From Thermodesulfobacteriota bacterium (lineage in GTDB: Bacteria; Desulfobacterota; Binatia; Bin18): DNA of 64,000 bases. The stretch is taken from assembly GCA_964291405.2 (NCBI GenBank), contig OZ219926.1:4384001-4448000 (forward strand), written 5' to 3'. Every line of letters begins with the position of its first letter. Position 1 is the stretch's first letter. The position numbers and the translations under genes are program-made. The notes beneath the pieces were generated by a model. It did not search any database, was not told the origin of the DNA, and worked only from the letters and a program-made list of their open reading frames with translations. Positions 58,277 to 64,000 of the stretch are shown one piece after another.

Positions 58277-60304
58277 CTAGCACGGACGAATGGTCACCTC
58301 GGTACTATGCACGCTGGAACTCTCGCCCATATCGGACCGAATCCCCGGATTTAGCGCGTTCACATTATGACGACCGGCTTCGAGCTTGGGCCAGCGGCCT
58401 TTATGCGCCAGGGCCACGCCTCGGGGAGCGATGGCGTCAATCGTGGCGGTCAGCTCAAGCTGGCCGGTTTCATTTGCAAGCCGAACACGCGTTCCGGCCG
58501 TGATACCCAGCTGCGCTGCATCGTCCGGGTGCAGGGTGACGCCGGCCTGACCGGCGCGTTGCTGAATGTTGGCATCGTTGGCGTACGAATCGTTGAGCCG
58601 CCAGCGCGAGGCCGGGCTCAGCAGGCGGAACCGGTTGTTCGTCGGCTGGGTGTCAGCCCAGGGTTGGGGCACGCGCGGCAGGCCCTTTTGCTCGGCCTTG
58701 TCCGAGGCGATTTCAATCTTGCCGCTGGGGGTATCAAACGTCAGGTCTTCGTAGAAAATAAGCGGGGCCGGGCTGATCGAACGCCAACCGGTCTGTTGGA
58801 GGGCGCTGAAATCACAGCCGGTCTGCATTTCAGCGAGCATCTGGCTGATAATAGCCTCGTCCGGCTCAAATAACGCTGACTCTTCAAATCCCATGGCCGC
58901 GGCCAGACGGCGAAAAATTTCCTGATTGGGCAGAGACTCACCCATGGGCTCCCGGGCTTTGGACTGCGCGCCAATATTGAGATGAAAATAACTGAAGGTC
59001 AGGTCGTCAAATTCAAGGAAGCTCGCCGCCGGCAGCACGATGTCGGCAAAATCCGTGGTGTCGGTAGGAAAACAATCGATTGCCACCGTGAACAGGTCTT
59101 CGCGCTTGAGAGCCGCGTACAGGCGTTGTTGTTGCGGGGCCGACGCCGCGGGATTGGTATTCCAACACACAAGGGCCTGTGAGACGCTCGCATCTTCGAG
59201 TCGCGCGGTAAAATCCATATGACTGATGCGCGGCACTCTCCCCTTTGCCAACGAGCTGCCAGCCAAAGCATCAAAGTCCATGCCCGCAATACCGGGGGTG
59301 ATGTTCAAATAGTAAAAGCCGGCGCCGGGTTTGCCGATATTCCCGGTTAACGCCGGCAGCAGCCCGCAGGCGCGCATGACGTTGCCGCCAGTGGTTTGTC
59401 TTTGCAGACCCTGTCCGACCCACAGCAGGGAAGGGCCGGGTCCGTACAGGTGGGCGGCGCGTTCAATCAGGTCTGCCGGAACACCGGTTGTCCGCTCTCC
59501 CCAGGCGGGGGTACAGGGGGCTAACAAGGGCAGCATTTCATCATAGCCCACGGTGTGTTCGGCTATGAAGTCAGTCTGAAAAAATCCGTCCCGGTGCAGC
59601 ACGTGCAGCAGGCTGAATGCCAGAGCCGCATCAGTCCCAGGGAAAGGCTGGAGGTGGAGGTCGGCCTGGGCAGCGGTCTCCGTCCGGATTGGATCGACAA
59701 CGATCTTCTGGGCCGGGGATTCGGGCAACCAGTGCTTGTGCGCGTGTGGGGCGGAATGGGCCGGGTTCGCACCCCAGACCAGAATACAGCGCGAGTCCGC
59801 AGCCGTGCGGGGGTCAAAGCCCACATACGAACTCCCGAACAACAGTCCCCAGGCAACATGTCCGGCCATATTGCAGATGGTGTCAGGCTCGACCTCGGTT
59901 GCGCCCAGACGGTGAAAGAAACGCAGGGGAAACATATAGGCCAACAGCGACAGCGTGCCGGTGTAATGGGTATGAATGACGGCTTCCGGGCCGGTCATCT
60001 GCACAATGTTCTGGAGTTTCGAGGCAATGGTGGTGAGGGCTGCGTCCCAACTGATCCGCTCGAACTGGCCGTGTCCTTTGGGGCCGGTCCGTTTGAGCGG
60101 GTGTAACAAGCGGGCCTGCTCATCTTGCCAGACGCCGTTATAGGCTGTGGCGCATTTGCCGCACAGCGCGCCCCGCGAAACCGGATGGTCCGGGTCACCC
60201 AGCACGCGGGTGATGGCTCCGTCTCTTTGCTCGACCACTATGCCGCAGCCGTCATAGCAGTCACGCGGACAGGTGGTCCGTATGCGCTCGAATTGTGGGT
60301 CCAT
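58277..60304 (-). CDS. molybdopterin-dependent oxidoreductase (DMSO reductase family, YyaE-like)
   Basis: N-terminal CPRDCYDGC..C Fe-S motif, ISWDAAL, PGTDAAL, ADIVLPAA and a C-terminal dinucleotide-binding domain. Confidence 0.93.
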   Translation of the reverse strand: MDPQFERIRTTCPRDCYDGCGIVVEQRDGAITRVLGDPDHPVSRGALCGKCATAYNGVWQDEQARLLHPLKRTGPKGHGQFERISWDAALTTIASKLQNIVQMTGPEAVIHTHYTGTLSLLAYMFPLRFFHRLGATEVEPDTICNMAGHVAWGLLFGSSYVGFDPRTAADSRCILVWGANPAHSAPHAHKHWLPESPAQKIVVDPIRTETAAQADLHLQPFPGTDAALAFSLLHVLHRDGFFQTDFIAEHTVGYDEMLPLLAPCTPAWGERTTGVPADLIERAAHLYGPGPSLLWVGQGLQRQTTGGNVMRACGLLPALTGNIGKPGAGFYYLNITPGIAGMDFDALAGSSLAKGRVPRISHMDFTARLEDASVSQALVCWNTNPAASAPQQQRLYAALKREDLFTVAIDCFPTDTTDFADIVLPAASFLEFDDLTFSYFHLNIGAQSKAREPMGESLPNQEIFRRLAAAMGFEESALFEPDEAIISQMLAEMQTGCDFSALQQTGWRSISPAPLIFYEDLTFDTPSGKIEIASDKAEQKGLPRVPQPWADTQPTNNRFRLLSPASRWRLNDSYANDANIQQRAGQAGVTLHPDDAAQLGITAGTRVRLANETGQLELTATIDAIAPRGVALAHKGRWPKLEAGRHNVNALNPGIRSDMGESSSVHSTEVTIRPC

Positions 60305-60416
60305 ACCGTGTCTCCCCTCCGTGTCCCGCGGTGAGCGTTAATTCGGCCTACCCCCCTTTTGTAACCCCCGACGTTCACATAAGCTAGACCGCTCCAGCAG
60401 CAAGAGAGGAGCAGGG

Positions 60417-62021
60417 ATGAGGAAGGTTCAGCTTGTGGGAGGTCAGTTGCAGTGGGGAATATGGACGCTGGCGCTGATCGTGGTGCTCTCTACCGGCTCC
60501 CTCGCGCAGGCCAGCCAACTCACCGCACCGGGGCTGGCCGCCAGCGATGGTATGGTGGTCGGCAACGCGGTGGCCTACCCGTTCAACGCGGCGACCGCGC
60601 TGTTCCATAATCCAGCCCAACTCAGCCTGGTGCCGAACTCCTTCTCTATGGGCTCGTTCAACATCATGTTTCATCCGTCCTATGAGAATAGGCACGGCAT
60701 CTTCTTGCCTGACTCTTTGCGCGGGGCGCTGCCGCCCGGCGTCGACCCGGAAGGGTTCCGTGCGTTCAGGGGATTCCGTCCGTCGGCCGACCGCTCCGGG
60801 TATTATGACAGCACCAGCCGCGAGTTCCCGATAGCACCGAACTTTGGCTATCGGACCGACCGGTTTGCGCCCTTCGCATTTGGTATCGGTATGTATGGCT
60901 CGTTGGGCTTCGCCTTCAACTATGGGGCCGGACCCGAACACGGAGTCCCCAACAATTTCTTTACCGAGTTGGTAGCGGTGTCGCTGGCGCCGTCCCTGTC
61001 CTATTCGCTGGCATCGAACCTGCACCTCGGCGTCAGTCTCAATCCGACCTATGGACGGCTGAAGACTAAATCGCCCACTCCGCTCGGTCGGCTTGATCTC
61101 GATGTGCGCGGACCGGGCATGTTCGGGACTATCGGGGTGATGTATCAACCCACGGAGCGCCTCAACCTGGGGTTAACCTATAAGACGCCGGGCAAAATCT
61201 GGATGTTCGGCAACGCCCGGGTGGACGGGATGGGCGACGACGCCACGGTCTATTTTAATATCCCGCAGAACGTCAAGTTCGGCTTTGCGTACCGGATCAC
61301 CGACCGTCTGACGTTTGCCGGTCAGGCGCGCTGGAGTCAGCTGTCCGTGTTCGATGAGACGCGCGTCCGGTTCGAGCAGTATACCGCGCTGAATCAACCC
61401 GCGGTGGGTCGGGCCAAGGACCGCTGGCGGATGGGTGGCGGGTTCACCTATCAGGTGTCCGAAAACCTCATGCTCGGTGTCGGATTCTCGCATGAGCCGT
61501 GGGCCATCAAGGACGACTCGCTCAAGCCCACGCTGGCCGACAATACCGATTATATGCTTGCTTTCGGGGGTCAGTATAAGCACGGTGCGTGGATTTTCGA
61601 CCTGATCGGTGGTATGGGCAACCTCGAGCCGCGACGTGCGGACGTTCGAGAAAACCCCGTTTTCCCCGGTCGTTACGATTTGGGTATGAACGTCTTCGGG
61701 TTTCAGATGACACGCCTGCTCGGACCATCAGAAACGGAAGCCACAGGTGATCCCGCGCCTACGATAAGCATGGCCTCGTACCGGGACTATGCGGAATCTG
61801 CCCGCTACTCTATTGCCGCGTCCCAGAGCAAGCGGAATCCCGAACGCGACCTTCTGAGTGACCCGAGTCAGGGCGACGCGCTCCTGGATACGTTGATCGC
61901 AAAACTCTCACGCAATCGTTGCACTCTGCTGCCCCGGTCCGAATCCGAGCGCATGTTCGCACTCTCGGACAAGGAACGCCAGCGGTGGTGTCGGCGCTGG
62001 GACGACTTGCGTCCGGCGTAA
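60417..62021 (+). CDS. OmpP1/FadL outer-membrane transporter with C-terminal extension
   Basis: Signal peptide, hatch motif A.A.FHNPA.L, amphipathic beta strands and IPQ..FGFAYR, then a ~100-aa tail after the last strand. Confidence 0.82.
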   Translation: MRKVQLVGGQLQWGIWTLALIVVLSTGSLAQASQLTAPGLAASDGMVVGNAVAYPFNAATALFHNPAQLSLVPNSFSMGSFNIMFHPSYENRHGIFLPDSLRGALPPGVDPEGFRAFRGFRPSADRSGYYDSTSREFPIAPNFGYRTDRFAPFAFGIGMYGSLGFAFNYGAGPEHGVPNNFFTELVAVSLAPSLSYSLASNLHLGVSLNPTYGRLKTKSPTPLGRLDLDVRGPGMFGTIGVMYQPTERLNLGLTYKTPGKIWMFGNARVDGMGDDATVYFNIPQNVKFGFAYRITDRLTFAGQARWSQLSVFDETRVRFEQYTALNQPAVGRAKDRWRMGGGFTYQVSENLMLGVGFSHEPWAIKDDSLKPTLADNTDYMLAFGGQYKHGAWIFDLIGGMGNLEPRRADVRENPVFPGRYDLGMNVFGFQMTRLLGPSETEATGDPAPTISMASYRDYAESARYSIAASQSKRNPERDLLSDPSQGDALLDTLIAKLSRNRCTLLPRSESERMFALSDKERQRWCRRWDDLRPA

Positions 62022-62210
62022 CAGTCTGGACGGTGAGCCCTTTCTACCAGGCTTGCGCTTACCAGTGGCCAGGCTGTGGGGGAGGAGTGAAGCCCGTCGC
62101 GTGACGGCAGCACTCCTAAGAACGAACATGCCTGCCTATAGTTCCAGTGCCTTGCAGTATCAGTCCATATTTACTTGTCCCTTCTCGGATTTTTCGCTAG
62201 CTTCAATTCC

Positions 62211-62435
62211 ATGTTGGATTGGTCGTCCTGCCCCGCTGTCGAGCGTGTACCTGGTAGAATGAGTGGTGCGTGGGTCTTTCGAGGAACTCGTGTCCCGGTG
62301 AAGGCCCTCTTTGAGAATCTGGAAGATGGGACGTGTCTTGCTGATTTCTTGCTCTGGTTTCCTGGCGTCACGCGTCAGCAAGTCGAAGCCGTGCTCAACC
62401 ATACCCAGCAAAGCCTCAAGACTGAGGAAAAATAA
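62211..62435 (+). CDS. DUF433 antitoxin
   Basis: Sequence DWSSCPAVERVPGRMSGAWVFRGTRVPV.ALFENLEDG..F..WFPGV. Confidence 0.9.
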   Translation: MLDWSSCPAVERVPGRMSGAWVFRGTRVPVKALFENLEDGTCLADFLLWFPGVTRQQVEAVLNHTQQSLKTEEK

Positions 62436-62440
62436 ATTCT

Positions 62441-62491
62441 ATACGGGTGCTGTTTGACCAGGGTAACCCGGTTCCACTGCGTCGTTACCGC
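62441..62491 (+). pseudogene. N-terminal stub of a DUF5615/VapC45-like PIN toxin
   Basis: ATA CGG GTG CTG TTT GAC CAG GGT.. = (I)RVLFDQGNPVPLRRY, 5 bp after the DUF433 gene. The start codon reads ATA. Confidence 0.65.
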
Positions 62492-63705
62492 TCCCCCTTA
62501 TACAACACTCCCTGATCGTGTAGCCCGGCAATCGTGTCCGAAGAGCGGCCCAGGTACTGGCCCAGTACTTCGGCGTTGTGCTGACCGAGTAGGGGAGCCT
62601 GGAGGTCGAGTTCGTCCGGGAAAGCCGAATACTTGAACGGGAAACCCGGAATGGTGACCTCGCCAAGAATCTGATCCGGCACCTGACGGACCATTTTGCG
62701 GGCAATGAAATAGGGGTGGGAGACCGTTTCTTCAATCGATAACACCGGGCCGGCCGGAACGCGGTGGTCGGCCAGGGCTTTGAGCGCGGCCTCGTCGCTC
62801 GGAAACGATTGCAGCCAAGACTCGATCATGGCGATCAGTTCTTTTTGATTTTGACCGCGCGCTTTGGCGGTGGCAAAACGCGGGTTGTCGACGAGTTCCG
62901 GCTTGCCCAACGCTTTGGCCACATTCGGCCACTGGCGGTTCAGGGCTAAAATCACACAATGGCCCTGCCTACTCTTGAACACGCCCAGCGGACAGGAGGC
63001 ATAGTGATGGGTGCCGAAACGCATGGGCTTGTATTTGCCGTTGCTGGCGGCAAAGGCCTGCACTTCAACCGACTGCATATGATACAGGGCATCGACCATG
63101 GAAATATCAACGTGCTGTCCCTGACCGGTGCGGTCCCGGTGCAGTAGGGCATAGCCGAGGGCGCCGAAGGCACTGACCCCGGCTATGCCGTCAGCTATGG
63201 CCACGCCGACAAAACGCGGTGGCCCGTCCGGGTCGCCCGTCATGTGCATAATGCCGGAAAAGCCCTGAGCGATATAATCGTAGCCGGTCAGATGGGACAG
63301 CGGACTCTTCCGACCAAAGGCGGAGATGGAACACATGACCAGGCCGGGATTGAGCGCCTTGAGCGCCTCGTAATTCAGGCCACGCCGTTCCATTACCCCA
63401 GGCCCGTAATTTTCAATGACGACATCGACATGGGGGATGAGCGCCCGAATCAGCTCGACGCCTTCCGGTCGTTTGAAATCAATACACAGGCTTTTCTTGC
63501 CGCGATTCTGCTGAATGAAGTAAATGCTGCGGCTGTCTCTCACAAAGGGCAGGGAGCGCGCCGGGTCGCCGCCCGTAGCCTGTTCGACTTTGATGACGTT
63601 CGCTCCGAGTTCGGCCATGAGCCGGGTTGCCGTCGGACCGGCCAGATACTGGGTGAAGTCGAGCACGGTCGTACCGGCCAGCATGGATGGTTGTGTGTCT
63701 GCCAT
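62485..63705 (-). CDS. CaiB/BaiF family III CoA-transferase
   Basis: Motifs DFTQYLAGP, NRGKKSLCID and ENYGPGV. Confidence 0.94.
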   Translation of the reverse strand: MADTQPSMLAGTTVLDFTQYLAGPTATRLMAELGANVIKVEQATGGDPARSLPFVRDSRSIYFIQQNRGKKSLCIDFKRPEGVELIRALIPHVDVVIENYGPGVMERRGLNYEALKALNPGLVMCSISAFGRKSPLSHLTGYDYIAQGFSGIMHMTGDPDGPPRFVGVAIADGIAGVSAFGALGYALLHRDRTGQGQHVDISMVDALYHMQSVEVQAFAASNGKYKPMRFGTHHYASCPLGVFKSRQGHCVILALNRQWPNVAKALGKPELVDNPRFATAKARGQNQKELIAMIESWLQSFPSDEAALKALADHRVPAGPVLSIEETVSHPYFIARKMVRQVPDQILGEVTIPGFPFKYSAFPDELDLQAPLLGQHNAEVLGQYLGRSSDTIAGLHDQGVLYKGER

Positions 63706-63854
63706 AGCAGTCCTCCCTTTTGCTGAGCGACTGTATAGCGGAAAGCGGGGCGTTCGCGAAGGGGCGGCCGAGACGTGTGCTTGTCGAACCGGCTGTGACG
63801 CTATAGGAAAAAGCCCAGGTTTTTCAGCTCAATTTTTCAACAAAGGAGAACATC

Positions 63855-64000
63855 ATGAAAGTAGGATTGCTCGTTCCCAACCTTGGGCCCTTAGCCACCG
63901 GACCCGGCTCGGTTGATGTGGTGACGACCATTGCCCTGAAGGCAGAAGAACTTGGTTACGACGCCCTGTGGGTGGCCGACCATGTGATCATGCCGATACA
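63855..64000 (+). CDS. LLM class F420-dependent oxidoreductase, partial (runs off the window)
   Basis: MKVGLLVPN..AEELGYDALWVADHVIMP after an AAGGAG RBS. Confidence 0.85.
   Translation, partial: MKVGLLVPNLGPLATGPGSVDVVTTIALKAEELGYDALWVADHVIMPI

Overview
64 kb of a high-GC bacterial chromosome. The gene content (many luciferase-like monooxygenases, CaiB CoA-transferases, nitroreductases, SDRs, a secreted ankyrin protein, a giant FN3/cadherin surface protease) resembles Binatia-like deltaproteobacteria from marine sponges. That placement is inference, not a computed result. The housekeeping core is rpsU-dnaG-tRNA-Ile(CAT)-zinc-ribbon gene-rnpB, with no rpoD, plus folE. The rest is mostly catabolic/redox enzymes, two tandem ClC-CBS-RCK genes and an AMIN / AMIN-TolC pair. 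The most unusual items are: (1) an apparently lower-GC cassette at 30928-31801 encoding a 23-aa peptide, a 124-aa protein with histone-fold-like sequence patterns and a CxxWPFC tail, and a 3-TM protein; (2) a 2519-aa kexin-like S8 protease with no recognisable prodomain, preceded by a secreted prodomain-like gene, plus a second free prodomain-like gene at 53323; (3) repeated toxin-antitoxin decay, including orphan antitoxins, a toxin stub and a MazE-like/AbiJ-HEPN pseudogene pair beside an intact AbiE module with a 22-bp inverted repeat; (4) nested REP/MITE-like intergenic elements. Family calls come from motif recognition by eye; no searches were run.
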